Assembly: GCF_004010195.1 (NCBI RefSeq)
Contig: NC_057749.1
Span: 16,103,831-16,167,830, forward strand
Reading direction: 5' to 3'
Source: Chiloscyllium plagiosum
Lineage: Eukaryota
DNA: 64,000 nucleotides
Shown piece after piece: positions 49,606 to 63,604 of the stretch. Within the stretch, counting starts at the first letter, position 1; each line of letters starts with the position of its first letter. The notes under the pieces are model-generated. The model was given only the letters and a program-made list of their open reading frames with translations, was not told where the DNA came from and did no database searches. The position numbers were made by a program, and so were the translations under genes.

Positions 49606-51539
49606 ACCCTGGGCTGCCCTTTGAGAAACTGATGGAATCAGGTGCAGTGATCATTTTTGTTAAATTTGCTGTATTTTTGCCCCATCCCTCCACCATCTCT
49701 AGGGCCACGTTTGATAAGATCCTATGAGATAGCAGAGGAGCAGCGAACGCATGGAAATGCATTCCAGCCAGAATCAGTATGTTCAAGACAGAGAGGGAGA
49801 AAAGGCTTAAATATTAGTCCAAAGCAGAACATAAATAAGGGATTAAATGCATTATTTAAACAACATTTGAGTTAGGTTTTCATCTTGATCTTTTTAAGAG
49901 ATCACAAATTGGTAAGAGATGGGCAATACATTTGGAAATCCGAGATCTTAAGGGGGTCAGAGATAGGTCTCTATCCATCAAATACCACACCTCAATCACA
50001 ACGTCTCTCATGAGTTTGATAACCATAAGATGTAAAAGCAGATGTAGACCATTCAGCGTATCAGCGTAGTCCACCATTCAATATGATCGTGATTGATCTG
50101 ATATTCTTCAACTCCACCTTCCTGCTTTTTCCCAATAACACTTGATTCCATTACTGATTAAAAATCTATCTTAGTCTTGAATGTACGTAGTGACCCAGCC
50201 TCTGCAGCCCTCCGTGGTAAAATTATTCCACAGATTCACAACCCTCTGTTCCTCATCTCTGTCTTGATTGAGCAACCCCTTACTCTGAGATTATGTCCTC
50301 TTGTCCCCGACTCTAACAGCCTGTATGCATCCATCCTGTCAAACTTCCTAAGAATCTGTTCTGGAGCTCTGTTCTCAATTATCATTCATGTGACAAAATT
50401 CTGCATGAGCTTTTGTTTTCCACAGTGCACTAGTAACAGGCGTGTGACTAGTTAGCTTAGTCTTCTGTTGCTGAAACTAAAATGTTTTTTTCTGAGCTCC
50501 CCCTTTCCAAACAAACTCAATTGGTTAAGAGCCCCAACTGACAGGTGACGAGGGGAAATACACACATCTTCAGGCTTGAAGTGTTTTTACTGCACGGAAT
50601 ATTTTCCGAATTGCTGAAATAAAAGCAGAAAAGCAGAAACCCAGCAGGTCTAGCAGAATTTGGGAGAGAAAAACAGGGTTAATGCTTCAAATACGATTTG
50701 ACTTTTGCTCAGAACTCATACGCTGGAGATGACCCGAGTTTGGCAGGGCCAGGATCAATGAGTGGGTGAAATTTAAGAATACAGGGAACCTACAATAAGT
50801 AAAATCAAATCTACAAAGAGCGACAGTATGGCAGTGATAAAATGGATTACTGTATAGTTGAAAGGGTGATAAAATTGTATACTCAGGGTCAAAGTACATC
50901 TGGTATGCAAAGATTGTAACCAGTTAATGCACGCCTTCACCTACTTTGTAAATACAACAAGAAGCTCTGCCTTTCCTAAAGAAAAGGAAAATTCTTTCAG
51001 TTCTATTTTAAAGCAATTTATTGTAAACCTGGTGGAATTTCACATTATAAACACATAATTCAACACCCTGATGGTTTCTGTGGGTCATGCTGGATGTGGT
51101 GCCCAGTCATGGGAAGCAGGAGATTCCGGTTCAATCTCGGACCTATCGAATTGGTCAATCCCATTTGTGGAGGTGACTCAGGTATTACACTTGAGCTCTA
51201 TCCTTTTGAGCATAAGAAAGACTTCAAAGCTTACAACAAAAATGGAGGCCATTTGGTCCATCATACCTGTACCAGTTGTTTAACAGAATCATTCAATCAG
51301 TCCCACTCTCTCTGCTCTTTCTGCATAGCCCACAATGTTTAGCCTTGTCACATATTTAGCCCATTCCCTTTTGGAAGGTCTGATTGAATCTGTTCCCATT
51401 GCCCTTCCACTTGACACAATCTAAAACTCAATAACTCCAATTTCAGGGGAGGGCGCATTAAGTAAGAGAAGGTCAAGATGTTTATTAGGGACACAAATTA
51501 TGGAATAAACTCATGCAAATTCAAACAAATTAGCTTTTA

Positions 51540-53500
51540 TAGAACATGGAACAGTACAGCACAGTACAGGCTTTTTGGGCCTCAATGTTGTATCAGCCTT
51601 TTATCCCACTCTAAGATCAGACTAACCTATATACCCTTCATTTTACTATCTTCCATGTGCCTATCCAAGATTTGTTTAAATGTCCCTAATGTATCTGACT
51701 CTATTACCACTGCTGGCAGTGCATTCCAGGCACCCACCACTCTCTGTGTAAAGAACCTACCTCTGACATCGCCCCTAAACCTTCCTCCAAACACCTTAAA
51801 ATTATGCCTCCTCGTGATAGCCATATTCACCTGGGAAAAAGTCTCTGGCTATCCGTTCTACCAATGCCTCTCATCATCTTGGACACCTTGATCAAATTGC
51901 CTCTCATCCTTCTTTGCTGCAATGAGAAAAGCCCTAGCTCCCTCAACCTTTCTTCATAAGACATGCCCTCCAGTCCAGGCAACATCCTGGTAAATCCCCT
52001 CTGCACTCTCTCTAAAGCTTCCACATCTTTCCTATAATGACGTGACCAGAACTGAACACCATATTCCAAGTGTGGTCTAACTTGGGCTTTATAGAGCTGC
52101 AGCATAACCTTGTGGCTCTTAAACTCAAACACCCTGTTAATGAAAACCAACATACCGTACTCCTTCTTAACAACCCTACCAACTTGGGTGGCAACTTTGA
52201 GGGATCTACGTACATGGACTCCAAGATCCCTCTGTTCCTCCACACTGCCAAGAATCCTGCCTTTAACTCTGTATTCTGCATTCAAATTCAACCTTCCAAA
52301 GTGAATCACTTCACACTTTTCCAGGTTGAACTCCATCTGCCTCTTCTCAGCCAAAGTTAAAAATCACACAACACCAGGTTATAGTCCAACAGGTTTAATT
52401 GGAAGCCCACTATCTTTCACTGTTGGACTATAACCTGGTGTTGTGTGATTTTTAACTTTGTACACCCCAGTCCAACACCGGCATCTCCAAATCATTCTCA
52501 GCCCAGTTCCGCATCCTGTCAATGTCCCAATGAAACTTACAACAGCTGTCCACACTATCCGCAACTCCACCAACTTTTGTATCATTGGCAAACTAACCCA
52601 TCCTTCTACTTCCTCATCCAAGTCATTTATAAAAGTCACAAGGAGCAAAGGTCCCAAGAACAGATCCCTGCAGAACACCACTGGTGACTGAGATCCAGGC
52701 TGAATACTTTCCATATACCACCAACCTCTGTCTTCTATGGGTGAGCCAATTCTGTATCCAGACAGCCAGATTTCCCTGTATCCTATGCCTCCTTACTTTC
52801 TGAATGAGCCTATCATGGGAAACCTTATAAAATACCTCGCTAAAATCCAGGTACACCACATCACTGCTCTACCTTCATCAATGTTTATTGTCACATCCTT
52901 ATAGAATTCAATAAGGTTTGTGAGGCATGGCCTACCCCTCACAAAGCCATGCTGACTATCTCTAATCAAACTATGGTTTTCCAAGTAATCATAAATCCTG
53001 TCTCTCAGAATCCTCTCCAATATTTTGCCCACCACTGATGTAAGACTGACTGGTCTGTTATTCCCAAGATTATCCCTATTCCCTTTCTTGAACAAGGGAA
53101 TAACATTTACCACCCTCCAATCATCTGGCACTACTCTAATAGACAGTGAGAACGCAAAGGCACAGCAATCTCTTCCCTCATTTTTTGCATTATCCTTGGG
53201 TATATCCCATCCGGCCCAGGTTATTTATCTATTCTTAGGTTTTTCAAAGTTTTCAGCGCATACTCCTTCCTAACATCAACCTGTTTGAGCATATCAATCG
53301 GTTTCATGCTGTCCTCAGAAACGTCAGGTCCCTCTCAGTAGTGAATATTGATGCAAAGTATTCATTAAGGTCTTCCCCTTCCTCCTCCTACTCCAGGCAC
53401 AAGTTCCCTCCATTCTCCCTGATCAGCCCTACCCTCACTCTGGCCATCCTCTTGTTCCTCACTTAAGGGTAGAAAGCATTAGGGTTTTTGTTAATCCTTG
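51540..53500 (-). mobile_element. CR1 LINE ORF2 with a nested Penelope fold-back insert (52353-52494)
   Basis: ORFs 51627..53131 carry CR1 RT motifs. The insert is flanked by TSD ttctcagcc (52344-52352 and 52495-52503). Confidence 0.92.
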
Positions 53501-56500
53501 ATTCTGAGTAATTCAAGATGGAGGATGGGAAAAATGTCTGGGTGTAACAGGCTGCTCTTTTTTTGAGGTATTTTAGGTGCTGGATGTGATTTCCTCGAAT
53601 TCCAGGAGCAGCAATTCCTGTTTTATATGCTGTTGCATTATTTTGGAACTTTGGAGAAAAAATCAGTCAAATCAACAGCACTTTTAAAATGGAGAGGAAC
53701 AGACAAATGCAGCACCTGGTCTGTGCAGAGAGACACCCACACTGCTAACTGACACAGCAGTGAACCTGCGCAGTTACTGCCTTTGCTGTTTGAATTCTTG
53801 CATCGCTGGATATCGAAGTGTGTTTGGGAAAATTAACCAACAGTGAAATTCACAACTGACCTTGGAGGAACCTGTTTAGGAGAGGTCACAGCACAGAAAC
53901 ACATAAGTAAATATTTTTAAGGGTGGCCTTGCTGTAAGTCTGCTGTATTGAGTATATGGGTGCTTTCTTGATTATATATTTTATTGAGATCTGTCTTTTG
54001 ATTAAACCTAAAAATATAAACCATAAGTGTGAAGTTAGCCTGGAGTATTGTTTTGTAGAGGAATAACACGGCGCTATTTTTTGGGTCTGCAGATTTGAAG
54101 AAGCAAAAATGGCCCTTAGTAGAGTGATGTGCTCTTCTTGTCGGATGTGGAAGTTCAGTGAGAGTTTACGTGGCACTGAGAATTATATCTGCAATAAATG
54201 CCATTGGTTGCAAATCCTATCAAATCGAATGGATCGGATGGAGCAACATTCAGAAGCAATGAAGAATTTACAAGTGCAAGGGGACGTGATGGATGGCAGT
54301 TATAGGAAGGGAAAAGAGTCGCCAATACAGTCACATAGATGAGTTAACTCCAGGAAAGTTAAGAAATTTAGGCAGGAAGTGCAGGAGCCTTCTGTGGCTA
54401 TCTCCATTTCAAATAAGTATGCTGTTTCGGAAAATGTAGGGGATATGGATTTTCAGGGGAACGTAGCACAAGCAGCTAAGTTTCTGGTATCAAGACAGAC
54501 TCTAACGTAATGAGGGGTATGTTGGGTTCCAAGAAATCAATCATATTAGGAGACCCTCTAGTCCGAGGCACAGACAGATGATTCTGTGGCCAGCAGCAAA
54601 ATATCAGAATGGTGTGTTGCCTCCCTAGTGCCAGGATCAAAGATGTCTCAGAGAGGGTGCAGAATGTTCTCAAAGGGGAGAGGGACCAGCAGGAGGTCAT
54701 TGTACACATTGGAATTAATGACGTAGGAAGGAAAAAGAATGAGATCTGAAGGGAGATTATAGAAAGTTAGGCAGGAATTTAAAAAGGAAATCATCAAGAG
54801 TAGTACTATCTGGATTACTCCTGGTGCTACGGGCTAGTAAGGATAGGAATAGGAGGACAGAGCAGATGAATGCATAGCTGAGGAGCTGGTGTATGGGAGA
54901 AGGATTCACATTTTTGGATCATTGGAATCTCTTCTGGGGTAGAAGTGACCTGTACAAGAAGGACAGATTGCTCCTGAATTGGAAGGGGGCTAGTATATTG
55001 GCTGGGAGCTGCCCAGGAGGATTTAAACTAGTAAGGTGGGGGGGGGGGGGGGGGGTGGGATCCAGGGAGATAGTGAGAAAAGAGATCAATCTGAGACTGG
55101 TACAGTTGAGAAAATAAGTGAGTCAAACAGTCAGGGCAGACAGGAACAAAGCAGAGAGCAAGGCAGGATGGATAAATTCAACTGAATTTATTTCAATGCA
55201 AGGGGCCTAACAGGGAAGGCAGATGAGCATGGTTAGGAACATGGGACTGGGATATCATAGCAATTACAGAAACATGGCTCAGGGATGGCTTAATGTTCCA
55301 GGATACAAATGCTACAGGAAGGACAGAAAGGGAGGCAAGAAAGGAGGGGGAAATGGGTTTTTGATAAGGGATAGCATTACAGCTGTACTGAGGGAGGACA
55401 TTCCCGGAAATACATCCAGGGACGTTATTTGGGTAGAACTGAGAAATAAGGAATGGATGATCACCTTATTGGGATTGTATAAGAGATCCCTTAATAGGCA
55501 GCGGGAAATTGAGAAACAAATTTGTGAAGAGATTTCAGTTATCTATAAGAATAATAGAGTGGTTATGGTAGGGGATTTCAACTTTCCAGACATAGAAAGG
55601 AACTGCCATAGTGTTAAGGGTTTGATGGAGAGGAATTTGTTAAGTGTGTACAAGAAAATTTTCTGATTCAGTATGTGGATGTACCTACTAGAGAAGGTGC
55701 AAAACTTGACCTACTCTTGGGAAATAAGGCAGGGCAGGTGACTGAGGTGTCAGTGGGGGAGCACTTTGTGGCCAGCGACCATAAGTCTATTAGATTTAAA
55801 ATAATGATGGAAAAGGATAGACCAGATCTAAAGAAGTTCTAAATCGGAGGAAGGCTAATTTTGATGGTATTAGGCAAGAACTTTCAAAAGCTGATTGGGG
55901 GCAGATGTTTGCAGGTAAAGGGACGGTTGTAAAATGGGAAGCCTTCAGAAATGAGATAACTAGAATCCAGAGAAAGTATATTTCTGTTAGGGTGGAAGGG
56001 AAGGCTGGTAGGTATTGGGAATGCTGGATGACTAAAGAAATTGAGGGTTTGGTTATGAAAAAGAAGGAAGCATATGTCAGGTACAAACAGGATGTTTCAA
56101 GTGAATCTTTAGAAGAGTATAAAATCAGTAGGAGTATACTTAAGAGGGAAATCAGGAGGGCAAATAGGGGACATGAGATAGCTGTGGCTAATAGAGTTAA
56201 GGAGAATCCAAAGACTTTTTACAAATACATTAAGGACAAAAGGTTAACTAGGGAGAGAGTGGGGCTCCTTAAAGATCAGCAAGGGGGCTTTTGTGTGGAG
56301 CCACAGGAGATGGGGGAGATACTAAATAAGTATTTTGCATCGGTGTTTACTGTGTAAAAGGACATGGAAGATATAGAAAGTAGGGGAAAAGATGGTGACA
56401 TCTTAAAAAATGTCCATACCTACAGAGGAGGAAGTGCTGGATGTCTTGAAATGCATAAAAGTGGATAAATCCCCAGGACTTGATCAGGTGTACCTGAGAA

Positions 56501-58020
56501 TTCTGTGGGAAGCTAGAGAAGTGATTGTTGGGCCCTTGCTGAGATATTTGTATCATCGATAGTCACAGGTGAGGTGCCGGAAGACTGGAGGTTGGCAAAC
56601 TTGGTGCTACTATTTAAGAAAGGTGGTAAAGACAAGCCAGGGAACTATAGACCAGTGAGCCTGACATCGGCGGTGGGCAAGTTGTTGGAGTGAATCCTGA
56701 GGGACATGATGTACATAAATTTGGAAAGGCAAAGACTGATTAGGGATAGTCAACATGGCTTTGTGCGTGGGAAATCATGTCTCACAAATTTGATTGAGTT
56801 TTTTGAAGAAGTAACAAGAAGAACTGATGAGGGCAGAGCAGTAGATGTGATCTATATGGACTTCAGTAAAGCATTCAACAAGGTTCCCCATGGGAGACTG
56901 ATTAGCAAGGTTAGATCTCATGGAATACAGGGAGAACTAGTCATTTGGATACAGAACTGGCTCAGTGGTAGAAGACAGAGGGTGGTGGTGGAGGGTTGTT
57001 TTTCAGACTGGAGGCCTGCTACCAGTGCAGTGCCACAAGGATTGGTGCTGGGTCCACCGGTTTTTGTCATTTATATAAATGATTTGGATGCGAGCATAAG
57101 AGGTACAGTTAGTAAGTTTGTAGATAACACCAAAATTTGAGGCGTAGTGGACAATGAGAAAGGTTACCTCGGATTACAACAGGATCTTGATCAGATGGGC
57201 CAATGGACTGAGAAGTGGCAGATGGAGTTTAATTTTGATAAATGCGATGTGTTGCATTTTGGGAAAGCAAATCTTAGCAGGACTTAGACCTTAATGGTAA
57301 GGTCCTAGGGAGTGTTGCTGAACAAAGAGACCTTGGAGTGCAGATTCATAGCTCCTTGAAAGTGGCGTCGCAGGTAGATAGGATAGTGAAGAAGGCGTTT
57401 GGTGTGCTTTCCTTTATTGGTCAGAGTATTGAGTACAGGAGTTGGGAGGTCATGTTGTGGCTGTACAGGACGTTAGTTAGACCACTTTTGGAATATTGCG
57501 TGCAATACTGGTCTCCTTCCTATCGGAAGGATGTTGTGAAACTTGAAAGGGTTCAGAAAAGATTTATGAGGATATTGCCAGGGTTGGAGGATTTGAGGTA
57601 TAGGGAGAGGCTGAACAGGCTGGGGCTGTTTTCCCTGGAGCATTGGAAACTGAGGGGTGACCTTATAGAGGTTTATAAAATCATGAACGGCATGGATAGG
57701 ATAAATATACAAGGTATTTTCCCTGGGTCCAGAACTAGAGGGCATAGGTTTAGGGTGAGAGGGGAAAGATATAAAAGAGACCTAAGGGGCAAACTTTTCA
57801 CACAGAGGGTGGTACGTGTATGGAATGAGCTGCCAGAGGATGTGGCGGAGGCTGGTACAATTGCAACATTTAGAAGGCATTTGGATGGGTATATGAATAG
57901 GAAGGGTTTGGAGGGATATGGGCCAGGTGCTGGCAGGTGGGTCTAGATTGGGTTGGGATATCTGGTCGGCATGGATGGGTTGGACCGAAGGGTCTGTTTC
58001 TGTACATCCCTATGACTCTT
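53500..58020 (+). mobile_element. Near full-length CR1 LINE (5'UTR, zinc-finger/esterase ORF1, APE-RT ORF2), inactivated
   Basis: ORF1 MALSRVMCSSCRMW...ICNKC, esterase-like GD...[34 protein letters not shown], 3' tail. Many stops and frameshifts. Confidence 0.93.
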
Positions 58021-58024
58021 TGAT

Positions 58025-59770
58025 TCTACCCACTGAAGCTTTTTCATGCCTGCCCTCTAGCTCTCCTCAGTTCCTCCCTGGCTACCTTGTAACCCTCTGG
58101 AACCCTGTCTCTTCTATGCCTCCTTAACCTTAAGTAGGCATCCTGCTTCCTCTTGACGAGACGTTCTTCATCCCATGTTACCCAAAGTTCTTTCAACCTA
58201 CCATCCCCTCCTTGTCTCAGTAGGACAAACCTGTCCAGCACTATCTGCAATTGCTTCCTAAATACCCTCTGCAAGTCTATCATGCATTTCCCTGAGAATA
58301 TCTGTTCCCAGTTTAGGCACCCCAATTCCTGCCTAAGCATTGTAATTCCCCCTCACCCACTTAAATAATTTCCCATACCGTCTGCTGCTATCCCTCTCTG
58401 TAAGTATAGTAACGGCCAGGGAGTTGTGATCACTATCACCGAAATGCTCTTCCACCGAGAAATCTGACACCTAGCCTGGTTCGCTGCCAAGTACCAAATC
58501 CAATATGGCCTCCCTTCTAGTTGGCCTATCTACATATTGAATCAGGAACCCTTCTGTATCCTTCTGACAAAAACTGCTCCATCCAAACTACTTGAACTAA
58601 GGAGGTTCCAATCAATATTAGGGAAGTTGCAGTCACCCATGACAACAACTCTGTTACTTCTGCACCTTTCCAAAACCTGCTTCCCACTCTGCTCCTCCAT
58701 GTCTCTGTTGCTATTGGGGGTTCTGTAGAAAACTCCCCAACAAAGTGACTGCTCCTTTCCTGTTTCTGACTTCCACCCATACCGACTCTATAGACAAACC
58801 CTCCTCGGCGACCTCCCTTTCTGCAGTAGTGATACTATCTCTGATTAGCAATGCCACTCTGCCACCTCTTTGAAACATCTACATCCTGGAACATGCAGCA
58901 ACCATTCCTGCCCCTGTGAAATCCAAGTCTCCATAACGGCCACATAGTTCCAAGTACTGATCCATGCTCTAAGTGCATCACCCTTATTCCTGATACTTCT
59001 TGCATTACACTTCAACCCATCACACTGACTGCACCTTTGCCCTATCAAGTGCCTTTCCCTCCTCATAGACTCTCTACAAACTGTATCTGGCTGTTCACTA
59101 CCTACTTCATCATCTGATCGATAGCTCAGGTTCCCACTCCCCTCTTAATCTAGTTTATAATTTCCTGAAGAGCTGTAGCAAACCTCCTGCCCAGGGTATT
59201 GGTGCCCCTCCAGTTCAGGTGCAACCCACCCTTCACGTACAGGTTCCTCCTTCCCCAGAAGGTATCCCAATGATCCACCCATCTGAAGCCCTCCCTCCTA
59301 CACCAGTCCTGTAGCCACGTATTAATCTGCACAAATTCTCTGTTCCTAGCCTCACTAACCCGTGACACCGGTAGCAATCCTGAGATTACTACTCTGCTTG
59401 TCCTTCCTTCTAGCTTCCAACCTAACTCCTTACATTCACTTTTCAGATCCTCATCCCTTTCCCTACCTATGTCATTGGTACCGATGTGTACCACAACTTC
59501 TGGCTGCTCTCCCTCCCCCTTAAGAATCCTGTAGACTCGATTTGAGACACCCATGACCCTGGCACCCAGGAGGCATCATACCATCTGGGAGTTTCACTCA
59601 CAATCACAGAATCTCCTGTCTGCTCCTCTCACCACTGAATCTCCTATCACTATCGCTCTCCTATTCTCTCCCCTTCCCTTCTGAGCCACAGAGCCAGGCT
59701 CAGTGCCAGAAACCTGGCCACTGTGGCTTTCCCCTGGTAGGTCGTCTCCCTCAACAGTACCCAGAATGGA
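58025..59770 (-). mobile_element. CR1 5'/central fragment (esterase ORF1 plus endonuclease)
   Basis: IVIGDSVVRG, VVVHIGTND, GGLHLNWRG and CNARSIRNK. Confidence 0.9.
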
Positions 59771-60639
59771 TTTTGGCATGATTACTTTTCAGAAGCATTC
59801 AATACTTCAGTGAGTCAACATTTCAGCACTCTCAAAAATCCATACTTTATGAGGTTCATATAAAACCATCTTTGTATCAGCTTGGCAATTTGACATGCTC
59901 AAAGCGAGTACCTAGAAATACCAATTCTGAGGAGAACTGAGAAGAAACACAAATTCAAAGTTCAGACAGCAATATAATTAGAAACTCAGAATAAAGATCG
60001 CATGTTATTATTTTTCTGTATGTTTGATTGTGGACTGAAGTGGCAAACAGACTGTTTTAAAAATACAGGATTGTGGAAAGGATTGCTGCACTTTTTAAAA
60101 GCAAGTTTCCCAATACTCAGTGTCAGTGATGCTTACACTATTGCTTGTTCAAGGAGTTATGGAGGAGCTTTATTGCAGATGAGCTGGAGCTGAGGAATAG
60201 TGTGTACAAGGGAAATTTGGCTGACAAAAAGTAAATGATTGGTCTGTGGAGTACTGAGCAATTGTCAATGACAAAGGCTTCTGCCTTTGTGATTGTTCCC
60301 AGGTCATTGAATAACTCGTGTATTCACTCAAAAGCCATCAAATCCCCAAGAAGGAAGGAGTGTAAAACCCTCCAGCTGAAGGAGGCTAGTATATTTTCCC
60401 TCATCACCCTGTAAGATGTGGCTCTTAACTAGTCAGAGACTTCATAAGTTGTGAATCAATTGCCCTGTGGCTCCTGCAGGCAAGTGAAAAAGCCTGAAGA
60501 AGGAAGGTCAAGGATCAGTGCCCTGGTAAGCCAAAAGGATCATCTCAGCAATGCTGTAGACAGGTTCCATTGGCCTGTTTTCCCAGTCTTTCTCTCCACT
60601 CATGACACCCTTATTTTCTTGTGTCTTTCTTGTGGAAGA

Positions 60640-63190
60640 GAGGATTAACAAAATTATTCTGAGTAGGAGTGAAAGGAACAGGGTGGTCATTATGGGGGAC
60701 TTTAACTTCCCCAACATTGACTGGAAATGTAATAGCTCTAGTATGTCGGATGGATCAGGTTTTGTCTGATGTGTACAGGAAGGTTTCCTGACACAGTATG
60801 TCGAAGGGCTGGATCTGGTGCTTGGTAATGAACTAGGCCAGGTGTTTGATTTAGTTGTAGGTGAGCACTTTGGAGAGAGTGACCATAATTCAGTTACGTT
60901 TAGTTTAGTGATGGAAAGGGATAGGTACATGCCACAGGTCAAGAGTTATCGATGGGGCAAGGGCAATTATAATGTGATTAGGTAAGAATTAGGATGCATA
61001 GAATGGGGTAGCAAAATGCAGGGGATGCAGATAATCGAAATATGGAGCTGGTTTAGGGAATAGATATTGTGTGTCCTTGGTAAGTATGTCCCTGTCAGGC
61101 AGGGAGGAAGTGATAAGGTAAGGGAACCATGGTTTACTACAGAAACTGCATCTCTTGTTAAGAAGAAGGAGGCTTATGTGTTGATGAGACAAGATGGTTC
61201 AGATGAGGTGACGGAGAGTTACAGATCAGTTAGGAAGGATTTAAAGAGAGAGTTAAGAAGAGCAAAGTGAGGACACGAGCAGTCCTTAGCAAATAGAATA
61301 AAGGAGAACCTTTCTATAGGTATGTGAGGACTAAAAGTTTGATTAGGGTAGGAATAGGGCCAATCACAGACAGAAGTGGGACATTGAGTGTGGACCCTGT
61401 ATAGAGCAGAGAGGTGCTAAATGAACATTTCTCATCGGTGTTCACTCAGGAAAAGGAGAATATTGTAGAGGAGAAGAATGAGGTATGAGATAATAGGCTA
61501 GGAACGATCGAGGTTAGTTACGCACAGGTGTTATCAATTCTAGAAGGAGTGAAAGTAGACAAGTCCCCTGGGCCGGATGGGATTTATCCGAGGATTCTCT
61601 GGGAAGCTAGGGAGGAGATAGCGAACTGAAAAATGTGTTGCTGGAAAAGCGCAGCAGGTCAGGCAGCATCCAAGGAGCAGGAGAATCGACGTTTCATGCA
61701 TAAGCCCTTCTTCAGGAGATAGCGAGCCTTTGATATTTGAGTCATCATTGTCTATAGGTTTAGTACCTGAGGACTGGAGGATTTCAAATGTTGTGACCTT
61801 GTTCAAGAAGGGCAGCAGAGATGACCCAGGTAATTATAGACCAGTGAGCCTTACTTCTGTTGTAGGAAAGATTTTGGAAAGGATTATAAGAGATAAGATT
61901 TATAATCATCTTGCAAGCAACAATTTGATTTCAGATAGTCATCATGGTTTCGTCAAGGGCAGGTCGTGTCTCACAAATCTCATTGACTTTTTTGAGAAGG
62001 TGACCAAGCATGTGGATGAGGTTAGGGCAGTTGACATGGTATACATGGACTTCAGTAAAGCCTTTGATAAGGTTCCACGTGATAGGCTGATGGAGAAAAT
62101 GCAGAGGCATTGAGGGTGATTTAGCAGTTTGAATTAGAAACTGGCTTTCTGAAAAAAGGCAGCGAGTGGTGGTTGATGGAAAATATTCAGTCTGGAGTCC
62201 AGTTACTAGTGGTGTGCCACAAGAATCTGTTTTGGGACCACTGCTGTTTGTCATGTTTATAATGAGTTAGACGCAGGCATAAGTGAATGGATTAGTAAAT
62301 TTGCAGACGATACTAAAGTCGGTGAAGTAGTGGACAGTGTGGAAGAATGTTGCAGTGGACTTGGATAAACTGCAGAATTGGGCTGAGAGGTGGCAAATGG
62401 AATTCAATGCGGCTAAATATGAGGTGATGAACTTTGGGGAGAATAACAGAAAAGCAGAGTACTGGGTCAATGGAAAGATTCTTGGTAGTGTGGATGTGCA
62501 GAGGGATCTTGGAATCCATATACATAGATACCTGAAAGTTGCCACCCAGGTGGACAGTGCTGTTAAGAAGGCATATGGTGTGTTAGGTTTCATTGGTAGA
62601 GGGATTGAGTTCCGGAACCGCAATATCATGTTGCAACTATACAAAATACTGGTGCGGCCACACTTGGAATATTGTGTACAGTTCTGGTCGCCCAATTACC
62701 GGAAGGATGTGGAAGCATTGGAAAAGGTGCAGAGGAGATTTACCAGGATGTTGCCTGATCTGGAGGGAAGGTCGTATGAGGAAAGGCTGAGAGACTTGGG
62801 TCTGTTCTTATTGGAAAGAAGAAGGCTAAGAGGGGATTTGATAGAGACATACAAGATGATCCGAGGATTAGATAGGGTAGACAGTGAAAGACCTTTTCAT
62901 AGGATGATGACATCAGCTTGTACGAGAGGGCATAACTACAAATTGAGGGGTGATTGATTTAAGACAGATGTCAGAGGCAGGTTCTTTACGCAGAGAGTGG
63001 TAAGGGGGTGGAATGCCCTACCTGCCAATGTAGTCAACTCAGCCACATTAGGGAGATTTAAACAATCCTTAGATAAGCACATGGATAATTTTGGGATAGT
63101 GTAGGGGGACGAGCTGAGAATAGTTCACAGGTTGGCACAACATCGAGGGCCAAAGGACCTTTCTTTCTTGTTCTCTGTTGTATGTTCTAT
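60640..63190 (+). mobile_element. CR1 LINE ORF2 (APE end through RT to tail) with a Penelope mini-insert (61625-61713)
   Basis: ORFs 61730..62113 and 62337..62957. The insert has TSD aggagatagcga (61613-61624 and 61714-61725). Confidence 0.92.
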
Positions 63191-63604
63191 TTTCTGTATG
63201 AATATAGGGGAGGGTTATAGGAGGATTAGAGTTATAACTAGCAGAGTCTATATGGATTGTTCATAATCATTTATCTGTAGTTAAATTCTATTTATTTATA
63301 ACAAATAGTAACCCTTGTTAAGCACAGATACCTCAGGATTAGGCTTTCTGTAAACCTGGGTCTAGAATGATCGTCAATTGGGAAACTTTATGTGCTTTTT
63401 AAAATCTTTAACTTCAGTGATGACCCCAGGAATAGTGAGGCTTGGTTTCCAGTGCGCTACCCCAGTGAGGTGCAACATCATTTAATACTAAATTAGCAAA
63501 CCTTTAGCTTGTCTGAGCACAGTGTAAATTACATAGAATCCAACAGAGGACTCCTGTTAAATTATTGATTTTGAAGTTGATGGAATTCAGGTCAATCTGC
63601 AATT

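Noticed and set aside
59150..59779. SGNH esterase-like ORFs as host genes
   Set aside because: CR1 ORF1 esterase domain, adjacent to APE remnants and frameshifted
60003..63477. Possible solo LTR split by a CR1 (similar candidates near 1387-2400 and 37415-38000)
   Set aside because: LTR-like composition and TG/CA ends, but no matching TSD could be verified
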